This document shows, piece by piece, positions 23,012-37,483 of a stretch of 64,000 nt of DNA. Positions within the stretch are counted from its first letter, which is position 1, and every line of letters starts with the position of its first letter. The position numbers were made by a program, and so were the translations under genes. Source of the stretch: Octopus vulgaris (Eukaryota); NCBI GenBank assembly GCA_951406725.2, contig OX597816.1:166470001-166534000 (forward strand). The letters run 5' to 3'. The notes beneath the pieces were generated by a model that made no database searches, was not told where the DNA came from, and was given only the letters and a program-made list of their open reading frames with translations.

Positions 23012-24388
23012 CTGATTTTATAAGGTTGGTTTGAGAGTCTGTATCTGGACGGTTTGAGCATAAAAACAGTAGAATATTTGGGCCAGATATGGCTAGTTTA
23101 AATGCTAAAGGGTTAAAGTCATCATCATCGTTTAATGTCCACTTTCCATGCTAGCATGGGTTGGATGATTTGATTGAGGTGAACCTGATGGCTGCACCTG
23201 ACTCCAATCTGATATGGCAGAATTTCTACAGCTGGATGCCCTTCCCAGTGCCAACCACTCCAAGAGTGTAGTGGGTGCTTTTACGTGCCACCAGCACGAG
23301 GGCCAGTCAGCTGGTACTGGCAGCGGCCACGCTGAAATGGTGCTTTTTATGTGCCACTTGCACAGGAGCCAGTCCAGCGGCACTGGCAATGACCTCGCTC
23401 CAATGTTTTTTCACGTGCCAGTAAGGCGACACAGGTAACGATCATGCTTGAATGGTGCTTTTTACATGCCATTGGCATGGAGGCCAGCTTGTTGCTCTGG
23501 CAACGATCACGCTCGTATGGTACTCTTAGTACTCGACTAGCACAGATGCCAGTCATCGAATTTGAATTCGATTTCGATTTCACTTGCCTCAACAGGTCTT
23601 CGCATAAATTCAAATGGCACTTTGAAATATCATGTTAATGTTTATTGCAAAATTCAGCTCAATAATGAGAAATTATTTCACTAGATCTTTCTATATTTTC
23701 AAAATTAAATGAAATACAGAGTATTTCAACAGAAATATATATATTAACAAAAGGATTCAAGATCACTGCCATAGCCTATACCAGTGTTGCATAACCAGCC
23801 CATTTAAAAAGTACCTTTGAATCGTTAGGCGACGCCTTGCTTGAAGAAACCTATTGAGTCAAGCAAAATCAAAAATAAAATCACAATCAAATGGAAATTG
23901 AAGTTGTGGCCAATGCCAGTGCTACCTGACTGGCTCCCGTGCTGGTGGCACACAATAAGCACCATGCATGCATGGGTTGTTGCCAGTGCTGCCTGACAGG
24001 CTCCCTGGGCCAGTGGCATATAAAAAGCACCATCCAAATGTAGCCAATGCCAGTGCTGCCTGACTGGTTCCCATGCCGGTGGCACATAAAAAGCACCCAC
24101 TACACTTTTGGAGTGGTTGGCGTTAAGAAGGGCAGCCAGCCAGATCAAGATTGGAGCTGGGTGCAGCCTACTGGCTTGCCAATCCTCAGACAAACCATCC
24201 AACCCATGCCAGCATGGAAAACGGATGTTAAACGATGATGATGATGTTGAAGATTCATAGGGTTAGAATATTCAACCCAAGCAAGAATGAAAAAAGTGGT
24301 TTTCAAAATGATGATGATAATAATAATGATGATGAGGAGGAGGAGGAGGACGTACAATTCTTTTATCTTTAATTCTTAAATATTTCAG

Positions 24389-24626
24389 ATTTTTGAAGCA
24401 AGTCAATGAGGCATTTGATCCACTGAATACTCAGAATCTCTTCTCACTACCAAACACTTCCAACATTTTAGAATTAGTTAAACTCATACAACAGCTCTCT
24501 GAAGCCATCCGTTTTCGTCTTCTGCCTGGGAGGGTCTCTTTACCAAGTTCTACATCACCCCTTCAGCCCGGAAGCAATTTTGCTGCTCAGAATGCATTAA
24601 CACCAGCTGAAGCTCAAGCACAAGAG
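24389..24626 (+). CDS. BLZF1: Golgin-45 coding exon 6 (FLKQVNEA...LTPAEAQAQE)
   Basis: TATTTCAG acceptor, GAG|GTGAGC donor, phase 2-0. Contains the TPAE motif (human STPAEKMAE). Confidence 0.92.
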
Positions 24627-24839
24627 GTGAGCAGTCTTTCTATTTATTACCTTTCATTTCTGCAGATAATATTTCCCTTTTACTGTTATTGTTATTATTT
24701 AACATCTCTGTTCAGCTTGGCTCAGTTAGACCCAAGTTGGATGTCAGTTGAACACTTCACAAAGACTCAAAGGTCTCCATGTTGTTATTGATGTTGTTTA
24801 GTCTTAGATTAATCCTGATTTATATATATATATATATGT

Positions 24840-25700
24840 AGTTTGTCAGTTGATGCGACAAAGACCATCTAGTCATCCTGGGGTGGGGGTAGGCTTGTTT
24901 TGTGAGTCCGCAAATGGCTAGTGAGACCAATCAGTGCCCGAAAGAGTCTTTGACAGTGTGGACAGGGAATGGTAGCGCCTGCTACAAGGTTGTTAACTTT
25001 GTTCTTCCTGGCTTGTCTGTGGTCTTCTGCACCAGCGATCCTATTGGTCTCGCATGTGTTGGCATCCTTGTGGACAGCTGATCGCCACCCTTCTCTGTCT
25101 TGAGCAGACTGCTCCCAAGTGTCATGGTCGGTGTTGAAGGCTTTCAGTGTGTCCTTAAAACACTTCTTCTGGCCGCCTTGTGAGCGCTTTCCTTTTGCAG
25201 CTCGCCAAAGAGCAATCTTTTTGGTAACCGATCGTCTGACATGCGAGCTACGTGCCCTGCCCAGTGAAGCTGAGACTGCATCAAGATAGTATGGATGCTG
25301 GGAAGGTTAGCACGTATTAGTACCTCGGTGTCTGGGATCCTGTCCTGCCACTTTATGCTGAGAAGTTTTCTGAGGCATATTATATGAAAGTGGTTCAGCT
25401 TCCTGGCATGACGTTGGTAGATCATCCAGGAACCACAGCATTGTGAGAACAACAGCCTGATACACCTTGATCTTTGTCATGGTGGTGAACCCCTCCTGTC
25501 CCAGACAGTTTTGCATAGCCTGCTGAAGGCAGCGCTTGCCTTGGCAAGTCTGGCATTGATTTTGTCATTGATGACAACATTTCTAGAGAGTGTCCTGCCA
25601 AGGTAGGTGAACTTGTCCACCGCGTTCAGTCGCTGTCTGTTGATGGTGATGTTGGGTTCAACGTAGGGCTTGGTTGGAGCTGGCTGATACATTACAGTCT
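24840..25700 (-). mobile_element. RTE-clade LINE, 5'-truncated and frameshifted ORF2 C-terminus
   Basis: Peptides VDKFTYLG, INARLAKASAAF, CLRKLLSIKWQDRIPDTEVL, WAGHVARM..RLPKRLLFGEL, IGLTSHLRTH. Confidence 0.9.
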
Positions 25701-28677
25701 TTTTTTGTTTTTTTATATATGTTTGTGTGTCTGTGTTTGTCCCCCCCCCCACCATCGATTGACAACCGATGTTGGTGTGTTTATATCCCCTGTAACTTTG
25801 CAGTTCAGCAAAAGAGTCCGATAGAGTAAGTACTAGGCTTACAAAGAATAAGTACTGGGGTCGATTTGCTCGACTAAAGGCGGTGCTCCAGCATGGCCGC
25901 AGTCAAATGACTGAAACAAGTAAGAGATAAAATGTATAGACACACACACACACACAATTGGGTTCTTTCAGTTTCTGCTTACTAAATCCATGCACATGGC
26001 TTTGATTGGCTTGGGACTATAATAAAAGGCACTTACCAAAGATTCCACACAGTAGAACTGAACCAAGGACCATGTGGTTAGGAAAGCAAACTTCTCAACC
26101 ACACAGCCACTCCTGTCACCCTACAACTTATATAATTGTAGGTTTGGTCCCATTGCATGATACATTGGTTAATTCACTGTTTAAATGTTACCTTAGTTAC
26201 AGTAACATGAGTTGCAGTCTCAAACCAAAAAAGGAACCACTATGCAATCGCTCAAACAGCTAGAAATAGCAGTCAAATAACTCTGAAATTACGCCTTGAA
26301 AGGACAAATTATATAATGTATAGTCTGAGATACTCCTGAAGAAAAAGTTGAAATGGTCATTGCTGGAACGTCTTTTGTTATAGGGCTGCTCAATCAGTTC
26401 TAACCTGGGGCTAAACAACAACCTGTATTGTCTTTTGATTTGATTTTTTAATTAAGAATGTTATTCAGAACCTAATTCATTCTCTAATATCTGAAAATTT
26501 GTCATGCTGTCTTTAAATGTTTGTTAATATTTCGTTGTCATCATCATCATCATCATCATTAGTAATCGTCATCAATGGTTTATGATTTTTTCGTACATTT
26601 AATGGGTTTGGTGAATGTGGTGGGGGTGGGGATTTTGCATTGGTTACACAATCAAGACTAATCATAAAGACATGGGAGACAACTCCGAAATTTCATTTAT
26701 TCCAGAGTTACTTCCCTTGCCTCAGAATTACTCATTAAACTAATGGTGTTTTTTTTCTATCCTTCTCAAGATGCAAATTTAAATTTCATTACTGACTACA
26801 TTAACTAGATTAGAACTCACTTTACTACTTATTTTCCATGCAGAAGGTATCCATGGGTATTCCGCCCCCACCCCGCAGTCATTTCTCCGTTTGTTTATGT
26901 TTTTTTTTAACATCTACTTTTCCCTGATAGCATGGGTTAGATATATTGTTGTGGCATTGTTTGCAGCTGGACGCCCTTCCTATCGCTAACCCTTACCTGT
27001 TTCTCAAGTTAGGAGTTTCTTATTCCACACATCTTCAAAAGTGCAAAGCCTAGAAGTGGTTTGTTGACAGGGGAAATGTCAACAACGTCACCACTTGTAG
27101 CTCAGCAATTTCAAAGGAATGTAAACGTAAACCAGTGATGCTCAATTATTAGGGGCCAGTTATTTTGCCCATGCACCCCTCCGATTCCTATTCTACTCAG
27201 GGGTATCCCCATAGCCATCCAATGTTTAGAAAATCCTATTATATTTTTAGAATTAAATATTAGAATTGAATATAGAAAATTAAAATGTTATAACCAATTT
27301 ATTGTGCATAGATTTTAACAACATAATCTTATAATTGACTCTCAAGGGTCTTGTGGACCCCACTTGAGAATCCCTGATGTAAACAGTCAAACAATAGGCA
27401 CATACACACATACATATATACATGCATGTATGATGTACATACACACACATGATGGGCTTCTTTCAGTTTCCATCTGCCAGATCCACTCATAAGACTTTGT
27501 TAGGCCCATTGCTATAGTAGAAGACACCAGCCCGAAGTTCCACAGAGTGGGACTGAACCCAGTACCTTGTGGCTGGGATGCAAACTTCTTACAATGCAGC
27601 TATGTCGGCACCTAGTGTAGTAATAAATTAAATTATATGTCCTTAGCTCCAAGAAACTTTTAAGGGCCAATTGTTGTTGTTTTGTCACAAGGCGCAGAAG
27701 TGTGACCAACCACATGGTTCTGGGTTCAGTCCCACTTTGTGGCACCTTGGGCAAGTGTCTTCTACTATAGCCTCGGGCCAACCAAAGCCTTGTGAGTGGA
27801 TTTGGTAGACGGAAACTGAAAGAAGCCCGTCGTATATATGTATGTGTGTGTATATTTTTGTGTGTCTGTGTTTGTCCCCCCAACATTGCGTGACAACCAA
27901 TGCTGGTGTGTTTACGTCCCCGTAACTTAGTGGTTCGGCAAAACAGACCAATAGAATAAGTACTAGGCTTACAAAGAATAAGTCCTGGGGTCGATTTGCT
28001 CGACTAAAGGTGGTGCTCCAGCATGGCCGCAGTCAAATGACTGAAACAAGTAAAAGAGTTAAAAAGAGAGAGTCAGCCCTGATCCTCACAAACAGTGGTA
28101 ATTTTGAGCCTTCACACATGTTGCTAGTCTCTAACTCATGATCACCATGACCTCTGACCCTTGCATAGCATGGTTAAGATTCCAAATTTGTTGATGTATT
28201 TGACTGATTTATTGATTTTTTTACTTTTAACCTTCAAAGGTCACTGTGTCAATTGTTTTGGCCATTATCTCTATTTCTAATTGACATCTAATCCATTAGA
28301 ATTGTTTTTCTCTTTCCGTCTCATTTCATCCCTCTCAGTTGTTCATTCACTGTCTGAGTATCATTTAATATAAAACTTCCTAAAACTTCTGTGGCAAGGC
28401 ATAAGTGTGGCTGTGTGGTAAGGAGCTTGTTCCCAATCACATGTTCTGGGTTTGGACCCTCTGCTTGTCACCATAGAGAGTGTCTTCTACTCTAACCTCA
28501 AGCCTACCGAAGGCTCATGGGTGGATTTAGTAGACAGAAACTGAAGGAAGCTTGTCGTGTATGTGTGTGTGTGTGCACACACGCATGCTATCACTGCTTG
28601 ACAACTGGTATTGGTGTGTTTATGTCACTGTAACTTAGCAGTTCATCAAAAGAGACTGCTAGAATAAGAACCAGGCT

Positions 28678-29158
28678 TTAACCCTTTTGTTACCATATTT
28701 CTGTTGAAATGCTCTGTGTTTCTTTCAATTACTTTAAATATAACAAAGAATTTAGTAAAATAACTTAGTTATCATTCAGCTAGTGTTAGGAACATAAAAT
28801 GTGACAAAGGTTTGGTGGAGGATTTTAATTCAGAACTTATGAAAACAAGACATTTGTACTACAGAGCCAGAGCTGGTTTCAGCCAGGTTGGTAACGAAAG
28901 GGTTAAGAATTGTTTCTCTCTTATATATTTTAACCCTTTTGTTACCCTATTTCTGTTGAGATGCTTTGTGTTTCTTTCAATTAATTTTAAATATAACAAA
29001 AAATTTAATAAAATAACTTAGTTATCATTAAGCTAGTGTTAGGATCATAAATTGTGACTAAGGTTAGGTGGAAGATTTTAATTCGAAACTTATGAAAACG
29101 AGACATTTGTACTCAGAGCCAGAGGTGGTTTTAGCCAGGTTGGTAACAAAAGGGTTAA
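28678..29158. mobile_element. Two adjacent piggyBac-type MITEs (28678-28906, 28930-29158)
   Basis: TTAACCCTTTTGTTACC...GGTAAC(G/A)AAAGGGTTAA. Same family as the 1903-2383 pair, opposite orientation. Confidence 0.88.
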
Positions 29159-32100
29159 ATAAAAAAAGTACTGGCGTCAATTCAATTGTCTTAAAATGTG
29201 GTGCTCCAGTATGGCTGCAGTTTAATGACTGAAACAAGTAAAAGATATAAGGAAAAAGATAATTACTCATTAACACCAGTCTCTTCTTTTAGAGTGGTGA
29301 AAAGGCGGAGTTGTTAGCACTTCAAACAAAATGCTTAGTGAAGTTTCTTCTGACTTTTCATATTCTGAGTTCAAATTCCACTGAGGTTGCCTCTGCCTTA
29401 CATCCTTGGGGTTGACAAATCGAAGTATATATCAAGTATTGGCAGGGTCATTGAAGTAACTGACTGCTCCCCTGCCACTTCAGAACTGCTGGCTTTGTAC
29501 CGAAATTAGAAAGAATTAACCCTGCTGTCATCTTCTACAACCCTCAGTATCTGATGAACCATGCATTAGTTTTGACAATGAGTCTTTCTTCAATCAACTA
29601 GATTAATTACTTGTTAAATTTAATTCATCATCATCATTTAAAATTTTTAAATCTGTTTTTCATGCTGGTATGGATCAGACATTTTGACAGGAGCTGACAA
29701 ACCAGAGAACTGCATCAAGCTCAACTTTCTGTCTTGGCATGGTTTTTAAAGCAGGATGCCCTTCCTAATGCCAATGCTCTTCTTAACGTGCTGGCTGAGT
29801 ATTCCATAGACATGCCTTAATGTAATCCTCAGGCCAAATAAGCATGACACGACATTTGACATGGCTACACCTTTGAACTACAGGCATCATCCATTCGTTG
29901 GGATTCCTAACAATTTCTATCTACCCATTTTTTCTCCCAAATCAACCTGAGACTTGTAAGATGTCATGCAATGATATCGAACCAAGGATTTCATGATCAA
30001 AGAGAGTAGCAAAACTATATCAATCTCTCAAGCATATATCTTACCTCTTCATTAAGGAACTACTTGAAAGATCTTTCGGTATTGCTTTTTCTCAAGCTAA
30101 TTAGTAAAACAAATTCGCACACATGCATCATCATCATCATCATCATCGTCGTTGTTTAGCGTCCGCTTTCATGCTGGCATGGGTTGGACGGTTTGAGGGC
30201 TGGCAAGCCAGAAGGTTGTACCAGGCTCCAATCCAATCTGGCAAGGTTTTTACAGCTGGATGCTCTTCCTAATGCTAGCCACTTTGAGTGGGTGCTTTTT
30301 ACATGCCACTGGTAAGGGAGCCAGTCAGGCAGTACTGGCATTGACCATGCTTGAATGGTGCTTTTTACGTACCACTGGCACGGGACAAGTCAGGCAACAC
30401 TGGCAATGACCATGCTTGAATGGTGCCTTTTACATGTCACAGGCACGGGAGCCAGTCAGGTGGTACTGGCAATTACCATGCTTGAATGGTGCTTTTTACA
30501 TGCCACTAGACTAGCAAAGGAGCCAGTCAGGCAGCAATGGCAACGATCAAGCTCAAATGGTGCTTTTTATGTGCCACCAGCATGGGACCAGTCAGGCGAC
30601 ACTGGCATCGACCACGCTCAAATGGTGCTTTTTACATGCCACCGGCACGGGGTCAAGCAGCACTGGCTTCAACCATGCTTGAATGCATTGTAGGTATTTA
30701 GAAACTTTGAGAAATATGAGGTGTGTTATTTATAATGGTGAAATTTAAAGTAGATAATGCCTTGCAGATAACTTAGAGCTTTTCAACCACTTCTTTACCT
30801 ATAGATTCCTATTTTACTCGGATAGATCTTTCTAGCCATTCGTGGTTTTAAAAATCCTATTATATTTTTGTACTTGAACATTATTAGGAATTCTATAAAA
30901 TATTATTAAAATATTTTGTTGTAGAAATATAACCAACTCATTGCACATAAATTTTAACAGCAAAATCTTGTCTGGACCCTGGTGGAGAATCACAGCTGTA
31001 AAAAAATAGTGTGTAGAATATTAGGTTTAAAAAAAATTCTCCTTGGATGGAAAAATAATCAAAGGCTGTCTGTGGCACTTGAACCTACATTTTTCCGTAA
31101 CATGACAAATGTGCTAACCAATATACCAAAGCAACACTTTAAACTTTTTCCATCCACTTTAGAAGCTTTGTTTTTACCCGTGAGAATTGTATATTGTTTA
31201 CATTACAAGAATTTAGAAACTTCAAGAGATATGAAAGAGTGAGTCATTTTGGCACAAGGACAGCATTTTTTAAGGGAAGGGAGGGGGTGATTATCTTCAA
31301 CCCTGAAAGGATGAAATTTGGGGAAATTTGAACTCAGAACATTAAGACAGACAAAATAATGTTCAGCATTTTACCTGGTGAACATTAGGCTCAATATAAC
31401 TGACTTACCCTTTCCCCTAAAATTGCTGGCTTTGTGCCAAAATCTGACCATTATTATTATTCCACAGAGGTCGACTTTGCCTTCATCCTTTTGGAGTTGA
31501 TAAAATAAGTTACCAGTTGAGCACGGGTCAATGTAATCAATCCTCCATCTCACCTCACCCCAAAGTGCTAGCCTTGTGCCAAAATTTGAAACCAATATTC
31601 TGCATACTATTATCCATAGCTTCAGCTTATTCAAGGTCCACCATTAAAAATAGCATACTTCACACAGCTTTTATGAAATGATTGCCTGTAATTTTCGATT
31701 TAAAATTCACGAAAGTGTTTTCACTCTTTTCTCTTTTCTGCATGTTTTACTGTAGGGTTTTTTTCCCATTCTTTTCTTTTGGCTGTGATTCTTAAAAAAA
31801 TCTATATTTCTAGTTTGTTGAACACTTTGCTTTTTTTTTTACTTCCAAAAATGGTTGTTTGTTTTATTTACTTACTTGTTTAATTTTCTGAGGAAATTAC
31901 CTGGGATGGGGAAGACAATCATCATCACTATTTAATCATCATCTTCCATGCCGGCATGGGTGGGATGGCTTCACAGGATCTAATGAATCTGAAAAGTGCT
32001 ATGTGCTCCAATGCCTGATTTGACATGGTGTCTCTATGGCTGGATGCCCTTCTTAATGCCAATCTCTTCACAACATGTACTGGACGCTTCTTTCATGGCA

Positions 32101-32556
32101 CCAGCATTAGTGAGGTTGTCATGCAGCTTGCAAGATTAATATGAGAGGTGGTTTATGTTAGGGGATGAGAGATTAAAAATATGAGAGAAGGTGCCAGAGC
32201 AGAAATGCTTTCTTGCTGTAGAGGAGCTACAAGGCTATTCATATTTTAGAAGAGAGGGTCTGAGTACTCACGGTGGCACTATAAAAAGCTTAAAAGTAAT
32301 GCCGATGAAGTGTTAGAGCGGGCCTTCAAGATAGAAGATGCTTAAGAGTGAGAGGGAACAGGAGAACAGGAAATGTGGGTGGGTAGAGGTGGAAACAGTG
32401 TATGGGAGAGCAAGAGACTGTTAGAGATCAGGAATGGGTGAAGCAGTAAATAATAGCAAAATGATTTGATATTATGGATCTCTTAATTTTTGAATTTCAT
32501 TCTTCATGTTTTTCACAAGTAAAAGAATGTACCAAAATTCTATAAAGCTATCTACA

Positions 32557-32658
32557 AAGCCAATATAAAAATTTAACTATCTTGTGCCATGTTCCTGGTA
32601 TAGTGCTTTCCCCATACCAGGAACACAGCACGAGATGGTTAAATTTTTATATTAGCTT
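32557..32658. repeat. Hairpin with 45-bp arms and 12-nt loop
   Basis: Arms 32557-32601 and 32614-32658 with about five mismatches. Confidence 0.85.
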
Positions 32659-33799
32659 AAACATAATCTCTATCGGATTCCCATTAAAGCAGTAATGAAC
32701 AACACACATAGGGAAATGAAGGTAAAATACTGAAAATAGACAACCAGTCACAGTTTGCAGCTTTGGAGTCAATTGTCTTTATGATTCATTGTTAATGGTG
32801 TCCTCCATACCTGTTGATAACTTTTGTTTTTAATCACAAAAAAGTAATGATTTTGTGATGAAACTAGTATGTTACGAACCCAGCACTTCATCTTGTAAAT
32901 AAGCAAGGGCTAGACTCTTTTATAGTTGAGGAAATTATTGATGACATCTATTCTTCAGATGAAGAGTTTACATTTATACAGACGAGAGTTAAGCAAACAA
33001 TCAAACTAGTGAAAGAGATGAGGAATCAGCTGAGAGAGATAGGCTTACTATTGATATTCTGTGGAATTTTTTTTGTGATTCTCTCCATTAATTTGCCTGC
33101 AATCATTACTCTTGAGTTGCATATGCAACTATTTTTTGTTTTGCTCAGAAACCCAGATGGCAGGAAAAGTTAGACGCAGGGGTCCAGGTCTGAGAGGATT
33201 AAGCTTTTAACAACAGTTTGGTGAAGTCATTGCAACTTCAAACAAAATACCTTCAGTATTTAATTTTGGTCATTTATGTCCCGAGTTCAAACCTTGCCAA
33301 CTTTCGTCTTTTTGGGGTTGATAAAATTCTGTTTGTCTATGTTTTTACATAGTCTGAGGTGAAGGGAGGTGGAAATCTGTTACAAAAGTGTGCATATTAG
33401 AGATGGGGGTAGTGCATATGATCTTAGTTTCATGATAAATGTGTAAGTTATGTGAGCCAAGAGGACAGGCTGATCCCATGCATATAGCAAATAAATAGAG
33501 GGGTTTCCTTCTTGCCTTCTTTGGGTCCTCGATTCCTGATGGAGTCATGGAGGTGCTATCATGAGATACAATGTCTTGGGAATTTTCACCTGACAGAGCA
33601 CATTCTTTTCTGGATATAAGAACAATTTCTTCCACACACTCACAAATTGTGAGAGAGAGAGAGAGAGAGAGAGAGACCAGTCAGCTCCAGTACTAGACTG
33701 GTACATTATTTATCAACCTGGGAAAGATAAATGATGAAGTAGATTTTGGTGAATTTGAACTCGCAGTGCAGAGAGCCTGAATGAATGCCACAAGTCTTC

Positions 33800-33910
33800 A
33801 GATGGTGCAAAGTCCCTTCCAGACCTAGAGTTACGTGGTGGTGGAATAGTACAGTAGACACAGCCATTAAAGCAAAGAAAAGGCCTGGAAAGCCTGGAAG
33901 GGTGGGAGAC
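33800..33910 (+). mobile_element. LINE ORF2 internal fragment
   Basis: PRVTWWWNSTVDTAIKAKK followed by WKAWKGG after a frameshift. Confidence 0.55.
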
Positions 33911-35357
33911 AAACCACTCGTCCCTTGAGGGAGAAAGCCCTGCTTGATATACTGGAATGGTGCTGGTAGAAACCCCATACACTGTACCCAGTGCAAACTA
34001 TGGACAGAGGAGATGCAGTGGTATCACAGAAAGATTTGAGCCCAAGGACACGGGGCCAGTTGCCCAGGTCCCATGGTGTGTAAGTGATCAAGGTCATCAC
34101 CCCCCACCCCAAATGAATGCTGATCTGTTGCAGGGTTTATTCATTTACAATCAAGTTGACTTTAGCAACATGAAATTGTTTTGCTAAAAAATACAACGCA
34201 TCGCCCAGTCCAGAAGTTGAAACTACAATCTTGCAATCATGAGTGCAACATTTTAACCACTCAGCTATGCACCACCACACTCATCTGCATATATGTAAAT
34301 TACACATACATTTATGTAAATAAATTAGTGACTCAATAAGATATAGCACCAACAAAGAATGGAATACCAGTCTGTCATATCACTTAACGTCTGCTTTCCA
34401 TGCTAGCATGGTTGGACGATTTGACTAAGGACTGGCGAACCAGATGGCTGCACCAGGCTCCAATCTGATCTGGCAGAGTTTCTACAGCTGGATTCCCTTC
34501 CTAATATCAACCACTCCAAGAGTGTAGTGGGTGCTTTTACGTGCCACCGACACAAGGGCCCATCATGTGGTACTGGCAACGACCACACTCAAATGGTGTT
34601 TTTTACATGCCACCTGCACAGGAGCCAGTCCAGTGGCACTGGCAACAACCTTGCTCAATTGTTTTTCTTCACGTACCAGTAAGGCGATGCTGTCATAGGG
34701 TTATTTATTTACAGCTGAGTGGACTGAGGCAATACGAAATGAAGTGTTTTGCTCAAGAACATAACATGGTTTAGGTACAAAGGCCAGTCAGGTGGTACTG
34801 GCAACGGCTACGCTCAAATGGTGTTTTTTACATGCCACCTGAACAGGAGCCAGTCCAGCGGCATTGGCAACGACCTTGCTCGAATGTTTTTTTCACGTGC
34901 CACCGGCACAAGTGCCAGTAAGGTGATGCTGTCATAGGGTTATTTATTTACAACTGAGTGGACTGAGGCAACATGAAATGAAGTGCTTTGCTCAAGAACA
35001 TAACATGGGTTAAGGGAATTACAGTCTTGATTTTGCAATCCTGAATACAGCACACTAACCACTGAACCACATGCTTTTATACAGAACCACAAGGCATCCT
35101 AAAATCTGTGGCAGCTGGGATTTATGAGAAAAATCAATGTAAGAGAGAGAAGTGTGGAGGCATTTGGTATTGGAAAATCTATCAAATCCATACGTAACGT
35201 AAGAAAAAAGTAACCATATACTTATGAAGAGATGTATTTCATTTACTGACTATTGGTCACACTATTTTTTTTAATAATTGGGCATTTTTGGATGATAGAG
35301 TACTTATAGAAATCAATATTGAAATTTTATTTTATATATTCATTTTCGTTTCTAACA

Positions 35358-36004
35358 AAAACACTTCGGCCCAGTGCGTCCATGCTGCCAACAAAGCACA
35401 CGGAGTTCTGTTCTTGATTCGACGGTCATTCGGAATGCTCACTGCAGCCATATTCCTACCGTTCTATGTCACGGTGGTGAGACCCATATTGGAGTACGGG
35501 ATTCAAGCCTCTTCTCCTTATCTCCTCAAAGACATACAGCATCTCAAAAGAGTCCAGAAGCTGGCTACCTGCATGGTCCTTGGTCTCAAGCATTTGTCTT
35601 ATGAAGAAAGGCTGAAGACGCTCGACCTTTATTCTCTAGAAAAACGCCGATGCCATGGTGATCTCATTCTTGCTCACAACATCATAAGCGGAAAGTGTAA
35701 CCTCTCAAAGGAGCTGTTCTTCACTCCTGCTCCAGAGCGTCGGCTGCGGGGTCATTCTGAAAAGCTCTATCTGCGACAATTTCATCTCAATCGAAGGAGA
35801 GGGGCTTTCTCAGTCTGGGTTGCGGATCCGTGGAATAAGCTGCCGGACGAGATGGTGAAGATGCCGACGACCGCTCGGTTCAAAGTCTCCCTTGACCACA
35901 AGTGGCCTGAACTCTATACATGAACACCACCCTGTACATAACTCCATGTCCCCCTACATGGCCTTGCTTTTTTGCTTTTTGAGCCAAAAAATTAACTAAC
36001 TAAC
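35358..36004 (+). mobile_element. CR1-clade LINE 3' fragment
   Basis: RPILEYG, RVQKLAT, LSYEERLKTLDLYSLEKRR..GDLI, WNKLP; (TAAC)n tail. Confidence 0.9.
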
Positions 36005-36503
36005 TTCCTCTTCTCTTTTTCTGTATTTGTGCGTGTATATATATGGACAGGTCTGATGATGCAAACACTCAAAACATATATATTTATAAAATGCAAGGGT
36101 CAAGGTGTAGGAAGAAAGTTAGCTTCAAGCCATTCGTATTAAATAAAAAAAAAAAAATCTTTCAGGGACAATAATGGTTTATTGAGACAGAAGTCTTGTG
36201 GATTTTCTTCTTGTGAAAGTACGATAAATTGAAAAAAATTCTCTTTATATTTCATGGTAGGCAATCAGGGTTGTAAGGAATGGAGTAGATAAGATCTGGG
36301 CTACATATGTTTAATAGCGAGCGGAACCTCAGAAATGGTAAATATCCAAGCAAGGTGTATACCGCAGGCTACTCTTTGGGCCAAGGATATCTTGATTAAA
36401 TGAAAGTTTATATTATAATAATAATAATAATGAAATTATTGTTTACAGTGCTCAGGTGCACCGTCACAAGGAGCTACATGTTATCACATGGAAGATTCAA
36501 TCA

Positions 36504-36557
<54 letters not shown>

Positions 36558-36755
36558 ACACACACACACACACATGCATACATACATATATAGGTGCAAG
36601 CATGGCTGTGTGGTAAATAGGTTGCTTACCAACCACATGGCTCCGGGTTTAGTCCCACTATATGGCACCTTGGTTAAGTGTCTTCTACTATAGCCTTGGG
36701 CTAATCAAAGCCTTGTGAGTAGATTTGGTAGATGGAAACTGAAAGAAGCCCGTCG

Positions 36756-36790
<35 letters not shown>

Positions 36791-36986
36791 ATGTTAATGT
36801 GTCTATATTTGTCCCCCCCCCCCAACATCGTTTGACAACTGATGTTGGTGTGTTTACATCCCTGTAACTTAGTGGTTTGGTGATAGAGACCAGCAGAATA
36901 AGTACTAGGCTTCCAAAGAATAAGTCCTGGGGTCGATTTGTTTGACTAAAGGTGGTGCTCCAGCATGGCTGCAGTCAAATGACTGA

Positions 36987-37046
<60 letters not shown>

Positions 37047-37049
37047 TAT

Positions 37050-37483
37050 TAATATTTAGCAGAAGCAACAGAGTGACCTAAGAACTGAGAGCTTTACACA
37101 TTAACACTTATCAAACTAGATACAGATTGAGAGCTTATGAAATTATGTACCAGTGATAATAGCATTTCGCTGGATAGTTCTGGAACAAATTATAAAAGCA
37201 ATTAGAATATCAGGTGGATAATTCATATTTCAAATAGTATGCCAATTACGCTGTTCAGTAACTAAATACATAAATAAATATTTACTTATTGAGCAGCATT
37301 TGAAATATGAATTATCCACCTGACATTCTAATTGTTTTTATGATTTGTTCCAGAACTATCCTAGGAAATACTATTACCACTGGTATATAACTTCACAAAC
37401 CCTCAATCTGTGTCTAATTTGATAAATGCTGATGCATAAACCTCTCAGTTCTTGAGTCATTCTGTTGCTTCTGCTAAATATTA
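37050..37483. repeat. Long imperfect palindrome (~185-bp arms)
   Basis: TAATATTTAGCAGAAGCAACAGA... paired with ...TCTGTTGCTTCTGCTAAATATTA; begins ~10 bp after a (TA)n tract. Confidence 0.9.

Larger units (their letters stand above)
22093..23116. mobile_element. piggyBac-type MITE (second family) split by three nested insertions
   Basis: TTAACCCTTTAGC at 22093 and GCTAAAGGGTTAA at 23116; internal pieces match 44857-45085 in reverse. Confidence 0.75.

Noticed and set aside
35288-35923. 211-aa ORF as a host gene
   Set aside because: It is a CR1 ORF2 C-terminal fragment lacking the RT core; the N-terminal part is read-through of flanking DNA.
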